From a virus (taxonomy: Duplodnaviria; Caudoviricetes), in the IMG/VR virus record IMGVR_UViG_3300034062_004332, positions 1,687-65,686 of that record: 64,000 bases of DNA; one strand, written 5' to 3'. Below are positions 1 through 8,870 of this stretch, piece by piece (position 1 is the stretch's first letter; each line of letters starts with the position of its first letter). The translations under genes and the position numbers were made by a program. Under the pieces are notes generated by a model that was given only the letters and a program-made list of their open reading frames with translations, did not search any database and was not told where the DNA came from.

Positions 1-121
1 GATCGCTAAAGAGTAGTTCTTGTTCGTCTTCTAGGACAGCCATAAAAGCTTGCACAAGATCTTGTGTGCGGAGTGTAGCGTTAGACAGAATTGTGTTCTT
101 GTAAGTGTTGGGGAGTCGCAT
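1..121 (-). CDS. Early-region hypothetical protein (runs off window start)
   Basis: ATG at 121 preceded by the AACTAACC motif; frame open to window edge (MRLPNTYKNTILSNATLRTQDL...). Confidence 0.5.
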   Translation of the reverse strand, partial: MRLPNTYKNTILSNATLRTQDLVQAFMAVLEDEQELLFSD

Positions 122-123
122 GG

Positions 124-321
124 TTAGTTACCTTTGGTGGATTGGATGTGGGCAGCATAAGCTAAGTCGGTCGCTAGCCTTTGTGATTCACGTTCTCTTA
201 GATAGAGTTCTACGTTTTCCCTAGTCGGGATGTTGCACGCCAGCGTGGTTAAATCCTGCGCACGTTGACAAGCGCACAATGCAACATTCATCCATTGTGC
301 GCGGGTCATTCTGTTAGTCAT
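124..321 (-). CDS. Hypothetical protein
   Basis: 65-aa ORF coupled to the upstream gene by ATGA overlap. Confidence 0.55.
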   Translation of the reverse strand: MTNRMTRAQWMNVALCACQRAQDLTTLACNIPTRENVELYLRERESQRLATDLAYAAHIQSTKGN

Positions 322-671
322 TGTTCGCCCCGGTAGAACAGTTGACGCGAGCCACGTTCAATCTCCCAATCAGTTTCACCCTCAGCATGTGCGTACCAAG
401 TGTGATTCTTCTGGTAGATACCTGCGCCACAGTATGTATGCAGGAGTGCATTAAGACGTGATTTAGTTGTAGGTGTTTGCCATGAGCAATCGCTGATGTC
501 AAGTTCATCGGGTGTGATGATTGCAATGGTTGAACCATGCAACCTTACATAAATCCTGTCGATCGTAGTTTCACCGTGAGGGAAACTAACTACTTGGACT
601 TCTGTATTATCGAGACGCCAATCGCGGCGCTCGTTGATTGCTGCGATCATTTGCTGTTCGATCTTACGCAT
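318..671 (-). CDS. Conserved phage early hypothetical protein
   Basis: 117 aa; WQTPTTKSRLNALL segment resembles a common phage early protein. Confidence 0.75.
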   Translation of the reverse strand: MRKIEQQMIAAINERRDWRLDNTEVQVVSFPHGETTIDRIYVRLHGSTIAIITPDELDISDCSWQTPTTKSRLNALLHTYCGAGIYQKNHTWYAHAEGETDWEIERGSRQLFYRGEQ

Positions 672-742
672 TGATCTAGATGGTGATTGTGTTGGTATTG
701 TATGAAGGGCGCCCCGCGTTAGCGGGACTAGGTTAGTTAAAG

Positions 743-1048
743 TCAGGAATAGTAGCGTCCCATGATTACTTCATCGCCTGATGTATCGGCCCACTTGATA
801 AGTACACCGCTGAAGTAACTGTCGCCGTGGTATCCATCCCATCCTTTAAGATCGCCAGTGGATTCATTCTCCACACGCATAAAGTCACCCATTGAATACC
901 ACCAGCCGTGGTATTTAACGAACGACCCATCACGGAACTCGTCATCCGTGAGGAAGTCAAACTGTGAGCGCACAGCTTGGTTGTTGAACAACACAAAACC
1001 CGGTACAGTCTGCCGTGGCTTGTTGTTAGTCTTGATCGTTAGGGTCAC
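743..1048 (-). CDS. Hypothetical protein
   Basis: GTG start at 1048 with AGGAGG Shine-Dalgarno at 1063-1058. Confidence 0.7.
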   Translation of the reverse strand: MTLTIKTNNKPRQTVPGFVLFNNQAVRSQFDFLTDDEFRDGSFVKYHGWWYSMGDFMRVENESTGDLKGWDGYHGDSYFSGVLIKWADTSGDEVIMGRYYS

Positions 1049-1154
1049 TGTGACAATCCTCCTGTGAGTGATAATGTGACATGAAAGCCCCACACTATAC
1101 AGTGTGAGGCAATAGCTGGGCCAGGGCTTACACCTGGCCACCCGTTTGTACGGA

Positions 1155-1364
1155 TCAGCTTAAAACATGAACGTAGTCGATACTTTTAATGCACCAACCT
1201 GTTGCGCAGGTTATCTCCTCTAGCAGATCATCTTCATCATCTGCATCCCAAATCTGGCCGATTGTTTCCTCAGTGACTTCCTGCTGATAATCAGGATCTA
1301 TGTCACCCCAAGTAGGATCGTCAGACGAAAAGTCAAACTCAATGTCGATAACTTGAAACTTCAT
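1155..1364 (-). CDS. Small acidic hypothetical protein
   Basis: 69 aa, D/E-rich, ends EITCATGWCIKSIDY; preceded by AACTAAC. Confidence 0.7.
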   Translation of the reverse strand: MKFQVIDIEFDFSSDDPTWGDIDPDYQQEVTEETIGQIWDADDEDDLLEEITCATGWCIKSIDYVHVLS

Positions 1365-1382
1365 GGCTGTTAGTTAGTGGTG

Positions 1383-1553
1383 TTACTTAAGGTTGAAGCT
1401 AGTAGACTTTAGGTCAGATTCTGTGAATACATCAAAGTAACCATTCGGATAACGTTCGGAATAGTTATCCATGCAATCATTGGCATCATCCTCGTTATGG
1501 TAAATGTCAAGGATTTGTGAATCGTATTCAGTTAGTTTGACAACGTAGAACAT
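1383..1553 (-). CDS. Small hypothetical protein (56 aa, not in ORF track)
   Basis: MFYVVKLTEYDSQILDIYHNEDDANDCMDNYSERYPNGYFDVF...; fills the gap; AACTAACCC upstream. Confidence 0.55.
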   Translation of the reverse strand: MFYVVKLTEYDSQILDIYHNEDDANDCMDNYSERYPNGYFDVFTESDLKSTSFNLK

Positions 1554-1573
1554 GACAATGAAGTTGGGTTAGT

Positions 1574-1804
1574 TCAGTGCTCTTGCTTTAAGTTAGACAG
1601 TGGAACAAACTTGCTAGTTGCATAACACCAGACAGAATCCTTACCGATGTTCCCTGCTACTACATTTGCAGGGCCTCTATAAGATACAGGTCGATTACTC
1701 CTGTATCGTATAAAGTATGGATGCGTTTTACATACCCATTGCTCTGTTCGCAGCTGTTGCATGTTTCCACCACGATCCATGTAAATGAGAAAGTTTGTAG
1801 TCAT
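1574..1804 (-). CDS. Hypothetical protein
   Basis: 76-aa ORF in the operon, AACTAACCC upstream. Confidence 0.6.
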   Translation of the reverse strand: MTTNFLIYMDRGGNMQQLRTEQWVCKTHPYFIRYRSNRPVSYRGPANVVAGNIGKDSVWCYATSKFVPLSNLKQEH

Positions 1805-1861
1805 TGTGAATGTGCAGTTGGGTTAGTTAAGTGTGTGCGGCGCTCCGCGAAGCGGAACCGA

Positions 1862-2128
1862 TCAATAATCAGGCGTGGCCAATGCAACGCGACGAGACAA
1901 ACAAACACCTTCAATAATGTCGCGTTTCAGTTGCTCCTCACGGATAAACTGTTGCGTCTGCTCTGTATCCTTGTCAACACTGTTAGACAATGCGCGGAGT
2001 GTCACCACGCTATTGGCCCACCAGCGTTGCAGTTGTTCATCCGTCAGCATACATACAAACGAATGGAATACATCCATCACAGTATTGATGGACTCTTGAT
2101 TAACACGATTGCGGAAAGTGCGGTTCAT
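1862..2128 (-). CDS. Hypothetical protein
   Basis: Likely start MNRTFRNR at 2128, avoiding overlap with the upstream gene. Confidence 0.55.
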   Translation of the reverse strand: MNRTFRNRVNQESINTVMDVFHSFVCMLTDEQLQRWWANSVVTLRALSNSVDKDTEQTQQFIREEQLKRDIIEGVCLSRRVALATPDY

Positions 2129-2177
2129 TGTGATGTGAATGTAGGGGGAAAATGATGATAGCGATTTGCTGATTGTG

Positions 2178-2438
2178 TCAGCGTAGATGACTGTAGCCTT
2201 TAACTTCATCGGCCCACATAGGGCTAGGGAGTTTAAGGAACTGCCGATACTCTTTGACCGTGCATTTAATACGCTCAGCATCATAAGCTTGCTGACGCCA
2301 CATACCTGGCACAGCGTCACTGCCGTAGTATCCTTCATCCCACGCAGCTATAGCTTCCCCATCGGAGAAGAATACATAAACCCTGCGTGGGTTTCCATTG
2401 ACATCGTTGGATGCACAGTAGTGCTTAATTGTTGCCAT
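2178..2438 (-). CDS. Hypothetical protein
   Basis: 86 aa; NDVNGNPRRVY...DEGYYG resembles cyanophage early proteins. Confidence 0.7.
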   Translation of the reverse strand: MATIKHYCASNDVNGNPRRVYVFFSDGEAIAAWDEGYYGSDAVPGMWRQQAYDAERIKCTVKEYRQFLKLPSPMWADEVKGYSHLR

Positions 2439-2471
2439 GATTAGTTTGATTCAGTTTGGGTTAGTTAAACG

Positions 2472-2717
2472 TCAGCGTTTGATCTGTGCCATCGGATAAC
2501 GTTGGCGCACAATAGCTACAGCGTCATCACGATCGGATGCGCGGATGTAGTCATCCCACAAGCCATCTTCATCCTGCACATAATACAAAGGCGCACCACA
2601 ACCAAAGTAAACACCTCCACGGATGTATCCCCCTTGATTGATACGTTCCTTGCGGATGTACACCTTGCCGGTGTACTCCTTGCACAGTTGTGCAACTTCA
2701 CTGGGCCACATGGTCAT
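2472..2717 (-). CDS. Hypothetical protein
   Basis: RINQGGY..GGVYFGCGAPLY...RASDRDDA; ATG at 2717. Confidence 0.7.
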   Translation of the reverse strand: MTMWPSEVAQLCKEYTGKVYIRKERINQGGYIRGGVYFGCGAPLYYVQDEDGLWDDYIRASDRDDAVAIVRQRYPMAQIKR

Positions 2718-2754
2718 AACAATCCCCGCCAATGTAGACGGGTGCTAACAACAA

Positions 2755-2806
2755 GTGAGGGTGAATCCCTCAGGGTGGGATACATAATCCCACCGGGAGA
2801 GAATCA
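2755..2806 (-). ncRNA. Structured RNA/DNA motif, copy 1
   Basis: TGATTCTCTCCC-[GGTGGGAT TATGT ATCCCACC]-CTGAGGGATTCACCCTCAC; flanks identical to copy 2. Confidence 0.6.
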
Positions 2807-3115
2807 AACTAGAGCTGGCACATACAACTGATCGTTAAATGCTCCAAGCTGTCTAAACTTGTAGTACAGATTCTTATACGCTACACGTTCATCATTGATC
2901 TTAAATGTGTAGCGAAGTTGCCCACCGATAGTCTTACTTACTGTGCATGATAAGCACAACTCACCGTTACGCTTGCCATTAAGATCATACGTTGCCATGT
3001 AGTGCTTGCACACTCCAGGCAATCTATAATCAACAATTCCGTTGCGTTGTTCGTAATTTTCTAACGCAAGTTGCTCAGTCAACTTAACAGCGTTGAGATA
3101 ATCGTTGCAGTTCAT
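2804..3115 (-). CDS. Hypothetical protein
   Basis: 103-aa ORF, AACTAACCC upstream. Confidence 0.65.
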   Translation of the reverse strand: MNCNDYLNAVKLTEQLALENYEQRNGIVDYRLPGVCKHYMATYDLNGKRNGELCLSCTVSKTIGGQLRYTFKINDERVAYKNLYYKFRQLGAFNDQLYVPALV

Positions 3116-3145
3116 GAGATTAAGTTGCGCTGGGTTAGTTATAGA

Positions 3146-3226
3146 TCAGCGGGGAAGTTTGGCCGCTTGCTTACGCTGAAGGCCCGCAGCTTTACGTGCA
3201 ATGGCTTCGATTTGCTTGGCAGTCAT
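3146..3226 (-). CDS. 26-aa basic peptide
   Basis: MTAKQIEAIARKAAGLQRKQAAKLPR with AGGTG SD; first ORF of the early cluster. Confidence 0.4.
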   Translation of the reverse strand: MTAKQIEAIARKAAGLQRKQAAKLPR

Positions 3227-3257
3227 GATAAATCACCTGTTAATGCAAAGTGGATTT

Positions 3258-3311
3258 GTGAGGGTGAATCCCTCAGGCAAGATGTATGAAACATCCTGCG
3301 GGAGAGAATCA
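3258..3311 (-). ncRNA. Structured RNA/DNA motif, copy 2
   Basis: TGATTCTCTCCC-[GCAGGATGT TTCAT ACATCTTGC]-CTGAGGGATTCACCCTCAC; inner stem differs from copy 1 but still pairs. Confidence 0.6.
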
Positions 3312-3312
3312 T

Positions 3313-3950
3313 ACAGTGAGCCTCACTGTTACTTAACAACTAGACCAACGTGTTAGCGTCTTGCAAACATTATGGGGCGACACTTACATCTCATGGATGT
3401 AATGTTCCATGCCCTAGTTATCTGTGCGGGGCTACAGATGGCGTTGTACAGTAACAGTGAAGATCACTGTAGGCAGACTAGATACAGTTGGAAGGATAGC
3501 GTCAGGATCATTATTGATCCTCACTAGATCTAAGTTTGATCCGGTCTGCTGACAGCGTACGTTTAATCAGGCCCCCCATAAAGAGTAAGCCTGACAGCAT
3601 TTGTGAAACATAATCAGCGCACAGATTAGATACAGATCACACAATAACCTAGGCTTAGTTACATTGTCTCGCCATCGTGAGACTACCGCTCAGTGGGGAA
3701 CAATGCAGACCGGCGTGGTTACAATAACCAAACCAGTTAGCTATAGGTACAGTGTGACACTGTAACTAACCTGCACGCTGACAATGTAGATACATTGTGC
3801 CTGCAACTTAGGTAAGCTAAGAGTGTTTATCCAATACGTTAGAACGTAAGGCCTACTCAATTCGGCTACATTGTCCTAACTTACCTGTAGATTATGAGAG
3901 AATAATTGCGGCAGGTTTCGTACATCACCTCACGGCTTTCCTACTACGCG
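3313..3950 (-). ncRNA. Candidate large structured non-coding RNA
   Basis: No ORF of 60 aa or more; over 10 hairpins; long-range helices 3541-3549/3705-3713 and 3810-3821/3875-3886 (G-U pairs on the minus strand). Confidence 0.45.
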
Positions 3951-4252
3951 CACAACTATTCTGTTGTCAAGGTTCGTCAACCTTTCAACCCTTAAAGTCT
4001 GCCGCTCACGTTCAACCAAACCGCGCGGCCTTTGCTTACTGATCGGCAGCCCGTATGGGTTGCTTACGTTCGGCGGCTCGCGTGGTGGGCCGTTCGGCCT
4101 GACGCAGACTTCTCAGGTTTTCAAGGTTCAACCGATCCCTGATGGATCAGTGAACCCATATTGGGGGTGGGGGTGCCCCCCATCAACGAACCTTGTGCCG
4201 GTCTCTCGATTGGCACACTCCACCGGGTCTGGGGCAAGGGCAGGGAAGGAAC

Positions 4253-4350
4253 TGCGCACACGCACACGCACCCGCGTATGTAACGCGCACACACGCACAC
4301 ATGCGGGCACACGCACGCACACACGCACGCGCCCACGCGCACGCACGCGT
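4253..4350. repeat. Alternating purine-pyrimidine (CA/CG) low-complexity tract
   Basis: gcgcacacgcacacgca...cacgcgcacgcacgcgt. Confidence 0.85.
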
Positions 4351-4766
4351 TTATAAATAACTCAGGCACCACCCCCATAGTGTGATACAACAGATACGTT
4401 GTTGTAGCTAACTCACAAAGTATAAAGAATAGCTAACTGGTTTGTATAAGCTTATGCTTACGATTACGATTGCACTCCGGTTGTTATAGCTCACCGCAAT
4501 CGGCCTTTTTTTTATACGCGCGCGTTTCACGTCGGGGGCGGCGAGAAGGTTTTTGGTAGCGAGCGGGTAAAACGGGGTCAAAATCTCTGGTATCAGCATA
4601 GTAACAGGGGCGCAAATGCGCAAAACGCCGCGTGGCTACTGCCAAATGCGCCTTTCAAGTCTTTACGGGGCGCTGTTTTTTGTGTGCGTATGGTGACTTA
4701 GGCGCCTAGAAAAAAATTTCGGCGCGGAAATGCTGCCTAGAATATTTTTAGTCTTCTATGAGCCCT

Positions 4767-4895
4767 ATGACTGGCACTAAAGAGGAGCGTATTCGCAAGC
4801 TTGAGGCGGCTCTTGCCGTTGCTGAGCGGGTCAAAAACGGGTTTTTGGCGGCAAACCTGCGGGAAGCGTTGCGTGATGCGCTACGCGAGGTCTGA
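4767..4895 (+). CDS. Small helical hypothetical protein (42 aa)
   Basis: MTGTKEERIRKLEAALAVAERVKNGFLAANLREALRDALREV; TAGAAT -10 at ~4738. Confidence 0.5.
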   Translation: MTGTKEERIRKLEAALAVAERVKNGFLAANLREALRDALREV

Positions 4896-4986
4896 CTAAC
4901 TTCTAATTTGCTCCTAATTTGACTCAAATTAGGAGTTCGCTAGGTCGATTAGACTGACAGCAAGGGTTTTTTAGGGGATTTGCCGC

Positions 4987-5193
4987 GTGGCGTTAGGGCA
5001 AGAGGCGGATCAGTCGCTGGCGGACGTGCGGTTTGGCGACATTGTGCGGGCTTACGGTCCTGAAGCCTCGCTTGGGCCTTTTCTTGAGGAGTTTGCGGAC
5101 GCTCCAGACGATCCTTTTGTCGCCACGTCCGCTGCCAAAGTGTTTCTGAAACAGTATTTGAACGAGCTTGGGGACGTTCCGTCTTTTCGGTAA
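4987..5193 (+). CDS. Hypothetical protein
   Basis: 68-aa ORF; TAGACT -10 at ~4950. Confidence 0.5.
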   Translation: MALGQEADQSLADVRFGDIVRAYGPEASLGPFLEEFADAPDDPFVATSAAKVFLKQYLNELGDVPSFR

Positions 5194-5256
5194 GCTGTTC
5201 GTCTCACTGCAGCCTGCTCGTCGCGTCCTGTGCGCGATTTGTTTAGCTACAGTTGT

Positions 5257-5329
5257 GCGCTCGTGGCCGAATGGATTAGGCAGCATCCTTCTAAGATGCC
5301 TCATGGGGGTTCGAATCCCTCCGAGCGTG
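5257..5329 (+). tRNA. tRNA-Arg(UCU)
   Basis: Acceptor GCGCTCG/CGAGCGT, anticodon arm GCATC-CTTCTAA-GATGC, T-loop GTTCGAATC; no encoded CCA. Confidence 0.9.
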
Positions 5330-5340
5330 TTTAAAACATA

Positions 5341-5363
5341 GGAAAACCGCCCTTTCGAGCGGC
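5341..5363 (-). terminator. Rho-independent terminator
   Basis: GCCGCTC-GAAA-GGGCGGT-TTTCC after the 5373..5735 stop. Confidence 0.6.
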
Positions 5364-5372
5364 TGTTTTCTT

Positions 5373-5735
5373 TTAGTTCATCGCGTTAAGCGTAAAGTAG
5401 ATCTCATCTGGGAAGTTCGAGAAGAATTTAAGGGTTGCGGGACATAGCCAGCCTTTTTCGGTTGCATTGCCCTCAGAATTAAGCTCGTACCACGCGCCTC
5501 CGTGCTCCTCTTCTATTTTTGTAAGTCGAGTTGAGCAAGTAGGAAACTGTCGCTCGCTAAAAGTAATAGCATAGGTTGTTTTGTTTTTTTGGTCTTCGAT
5601 ATTTTCTATTAGTTTGTCGATCATTTCTGGGATCCCTAAGACGAAGGGTTCGTGCAGCAGCCCCCGTGCCTCGTCTGTGAAGCACCACGTCCCCGCGTGG
5701 CGGTAAATTTCGATGGTCATCATGCTGTTGGACAT
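5373..5735 (-). CDS. DUF6717-like protein
   Basis: IYRHAGTWCFTDEARGLLHEPFVLGIPEMID...GWLCPATLKFF signature. Confidence 0.75.
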   Translation of the reverse strand: MSNSMMTIEIYRHAGTWCFTDEARGLLHEPFVLGIPEMIDKLIENIEDQKNKTTYAITFSERQFPTCSTRLTKIEEEHGGAWYELNSEGNATEKGWLCPATLKFFSNFPDEIYFTLNAMN

Positions 5736-5833
5736 TTGATGTGTGTAGGGCTTCTACAGTGTACCACGTAGTACGGCGTTCTTAAGTCGTTTTTGGCGGG
5801 TTTCCGTATACTAGATAAAGATACATAGGTCCG

Positions 5834-8800
5834 ATGCCTCAGCAATTTAATACCGATAATCTGAGGAAGGCTCTAGATCAGTATGCTGAATACGATCGTA
5901 ATAATTATTATGAGTATGATGATGCACGAGAGGCTCTTATAGATCGTGCTGTTCAGAACAGATTATTAAATGAATACATAGAAAATGAAATAAGATATGA
6001 AAGAGAAAACGACCCTGCTTACTATGATGATCCTGATTTTGATCCTGACGGACCTATTGAACAGTATGAGATAGATGAGTACGCCAGACGTTTGGGTGTA
6101 AATGATTTACCTAATGAAGTTCCGTATTCCTCTACTGTTAACGTAGATCCAGATTACGAAGATCTTAATGTTTATAATTTAGTTAATGAGAACCCTAAAG
6201 CTAGAGAATTTTTTACAAGCAATAGAGTTCAATTTGATCCTACGGAGCGTACTGAAGTAGGTGATCGGTTCTTAAGAGCACTGCGAGCCGGTGCGTTTAC
6301 TCCAGAGCAGATCAATAATCTAGCGAACATACGGGCTATTGGGACTTCCTATGCTTTAGAAGATATTTCCGATGAGTCAACTGCATTCGAGGTTGCGAAC
6401 TTTGTTAATCGTGCTGCCACTGGGCGTGATGTGGCTCCATTAGAGCCTATTTATGAAAATACTGCTGAAACGATTAACACAGTAGCTGACTTAAGTTCAA
6501 TAGAACGAGCTTTACGACAGTATTCTTATGACCTGCGTGATACTAGAGAACGTTTAGGGAGGCTTCAGGCTGCTGGATCTACCCCTGTTTCAGGCAGTCC
6601 AGAACCTTTAGCTCAGCGTGGGCAACCGCAACAGCTTTCTCTTTCTGTTGAGTCGGACCCTACACAAGGTCGTTTAGCTTCGCTAACCACGGGTTTTGAG
6701 TCGTTACCGACTTCTTTTAATACAGTCTCTGATCTAACTGAAGCTAGAAATCGTTTACAGAATATTCAGCGAGATCTCAGTGGTCTTATAGGCATAAGGA
6801 ACGACTCTTCTGACAGAGCCCGTGACTTTATTCAATCCTCTGTTTTGCCTTCCGTAAGAGACGCTTTAGGTGATGCTGCCACTGACAGAGCTGTATATAA
6901 CGCATATAGGAACATGATGAATGAGCGTCGCGAAGCTGCGGATAGAGACCGTGATGCGAATGCGCCTAGAGCGAGAAGGAGACCTTACGATGCCTCCGCG
7001 CCTATGCCTGTGTTAGGGCGCAGTTCCGAGGGGATGGCACCTATTACTGGCCTCAACGAAGAACTCCAGCGCGGGCGGATAGAGGAAGTTCGGCAAGCTG
7101 TTGCTCAGTTTCCTGAAGTTGAGCGTTTGCTGCGTGCATCCTTAAAGGATCCAGAAAGATCTCCGATTCGAGGTGCTGCGGCTAAACCGTACCTGGCTTA
7201 CGCAGATACCCAACAGGTTATATCGATGCCTGAGGAAAGAGTACAACTGTATGAAACTCTGCTTGAAACTGAACCTGAGTTTGTTGCGGACCCTGCAGGA
7301 GGGCTAAACGTAGTTCAAGATATTGAAACGTTGTATACTAGCGGGAATCCAGAGTTGCAACAGCGAACATTTGAAACTTTAGATTCTTATGGATTTGGTG
7401 ATCGTTTGCGTGAAATTTCTGTCCCTGCTACGTCCACCACAAGACCTATCGTTGGTGGCGGTGGTTATGTAGGAGGTTTTAAAGAAACGGATGAATCTCG
7501 TGCGTTACGGGGGAAAATAAACGCACGCGCCCAAGCTTTAGAAGCTGCGATGTCGGGTAACGAGGATATTCTTCGTTCTGCTTATCCTGGGTTCTTTGAC
7601 AGACCTTCGGTTTCACGGAAGTTAGAAGTTGTCTACGACCCAGATACTGATACCGTGCGTCCTGCCGGTCCTGGGGACACTAATACCTACGGTATTGCAG
7701 TGAGCACAGGTAATCCTAGATTGAATCCTACTGAAGCAGTTTATGCTTTAGGTAATAACACTGTATCAGCTAACGCTCTGAGGTTCTTTGCAGACAATCC
7801 TGTTTTAGGTTCAACTAGTGTTTCTTTTACGACTAGAACTCCGTCTGAAGGGTATAGCTATGAACCTAAAGATTTACCGTCTGCAGTTAGTGACGCCTTC
7901 GGTCGGTTCGCCCAACGCACGGCCTTACAAGGTCTGCCCCCCGGCACTCTAGTCTCCAACAGCCCTTTAAGCTCTGAAGACTTACTTAGATCGAAGCGAA
8001 GAGAAGGCAAAACTGCGGATACCAGTTCTACTGTTCGAAAGCTAGAAGCGTTTGAAAGCGCTGGACAGCCTCTGCCGAATCTACGAGCTGCTGCGTATAC
8101 AACAGCCGGTTTTGGACCTTATACCGGAGGGTCTCAATACGCTTACATTGATGCAGAAGGCAAAGTCGTTCCTGTACAGCTTGAAAGATCTGGGGGCGGT
8201 TTTTCTGATGCACTGCGTTTTAACCCTTATTCCAATGAGATTGAAGTCGGAAGAGGACGTTTGCCTTTAACAACTAAGGCTTACTACTCTACCGATCCCG
8301 TCACTGCAGCCACGCGGGGCTTAGCCGAGCTGGGGCGTGGTATTCGACGTACTCCGGCGGCTTTAGCTCCTGGTGCTGCCGATCTTATCCCTAGTCCCGA
8401 AGCCATTCAAACCGGATATAGAGAGGGGGCTTTGCCCATGGTACGTCAAATGGGTACTGAGTTTGTGCAGAGTCTTCCTGCTGCTGCAGCTTCTGCCGCT
8501 GTTTTAGCCACGCCGGTCGCTGCTCCTTTAGCTCCTGGTATCGGCGCTGGTATGGTTGGGGTCGCTGGCACTCGCGCTTTGAATGAGGTTGTAAGGCAGC
8601 AGACTGGTGAAGGCGTTGTGCCGAAATTGCGCCAAGTCATTGGTACTGCACCTCGAACCGGCGTGGCTTCTCCACAACGTCGTGGTCCCGCTGTCACCCC
8701 ACAAATCCGTCCGTTGAACCAAGCGCAGCGTGCTGAAATGCAACGTCGGCAGAATCGCAACGAGCTACAAAAACGTATGGATCTGGCTCGTGAGCGGTTT

Positions 8801-8851
8801 AACCCCCTGCGCGGTGAGTTTGGTGTGACTGAGCTGCTGTTTGGTCGTTGA
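5834..8851 (+). CDS. Large hypothetical protein (1005 aa), possibly virion-associated
   Basis: Long ORF with acidic N-terminus and Ala/Gly/Arg-rich C-terminus; no family recognised. Confidence 0.85.
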   Translation: MPQQFNTDNLRKALDQYAEYDRNNYYEYDDAREALIDRAVQNRLLNEYIENEIRYERENDPAYYDDPDFDPDGPIEQYEIDEYARRLGVNDLPNEVPYSSTVNVDPDYEDLNVYNLVNENPKAREFFTSNRVQFDPTERTEVGDRFLRALRAGAFTPEQINNLANIRAIGTSYALEDISDESTAFEVANFVNRAATGRDVAPLEPIYENTAETINTVADLSSIERALRQYSYDLRDTRERLGRLQAAGSTPVSGSPEPLAQRGQPQQLSLSVESDPTQGRLASLTTGFESLPTSFNTVSDLTEARNRLQNIQRDLSGLIGIRNDSSDRARDFIQSSVLPSVRDALGDAATDRAVYNAYRNMMNERREAADRDRDANAPRARRRPYDASAPMPVLGRSSEGMAPITGLNEELQRGRIEEVRQAVAQFPEVERLLRASLKDPERSPIRGAAAKPYLAYADTQQVISMPEERVQLYETLLETEPEFVADPAGGLNVVQDIETLYTSGNPELQQRTFETLDSYGFGDRLREISVPATSTTRPIVGGGGYVGGFKETDESRALRGKINARAQALEAAMSGNEDILRSAYPGFFDRPSVSRKLEVVYDPDTDTVRPAGPGDTNTYGIAVSTGNPRLNPTEAVYALGNNTVSANALRFFADNPVLGSTSVSFTTRTPSEGYSYEPKDLPSAVSDAFGRFAQRTALQGLPPGTLVSNSPLSSEDLLRSKRREGKTADTSSTVRKLEAFESAGQPLPNLRAAAYTTAGFGPYTGGSQYAYIDAEGKVVPVQLERSGGGFSDALRFNPYSNEIEVGRGRLPLTTKAYYSTDPVTAATRGLAELGRGIRRTPAALAPGAADLIPSPEAIQTGYREGALPMVRQMGTEFVQSLPAAAASAAVLATPVAAPLAPGIGAGMVGVAGTRALNEVVRQQTGEGVVPKLRQVIGTAPRTGVASPQRRGPAVTPQIRPLNQAQRAEMQRRQNRNELQKRMDLARERFNPLRGEFGVTELLFGR

Positions 8852-8870
8852 TCTGACTTTGTACGGATAC

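Noticed and set aside
2755-3311. Hammerhead ribozyme in the duplicated motif (CUGAG...)
   Set aside because: The core reads CUGAGGGA rather than CUGANGA, and there is no properly placed GAAA
2755-3311. CRISPR mini-array
   Set aside because: Only two copies about 500 nt apart with genes between, and no cas genes
3964-4390. ORFs 3964..4356, 4121..4390 and 4128..4346
   Set aside because: Translations (RTRTH/VCVCA) are by-products of the CA/CG tract
4911-4935. Perfect inverted repeat CTCCTAATTT-GACTC-AAATTAGGAG
   Set aside because: Single copy right after a stop codon; most simply a terminator or stability hairpin
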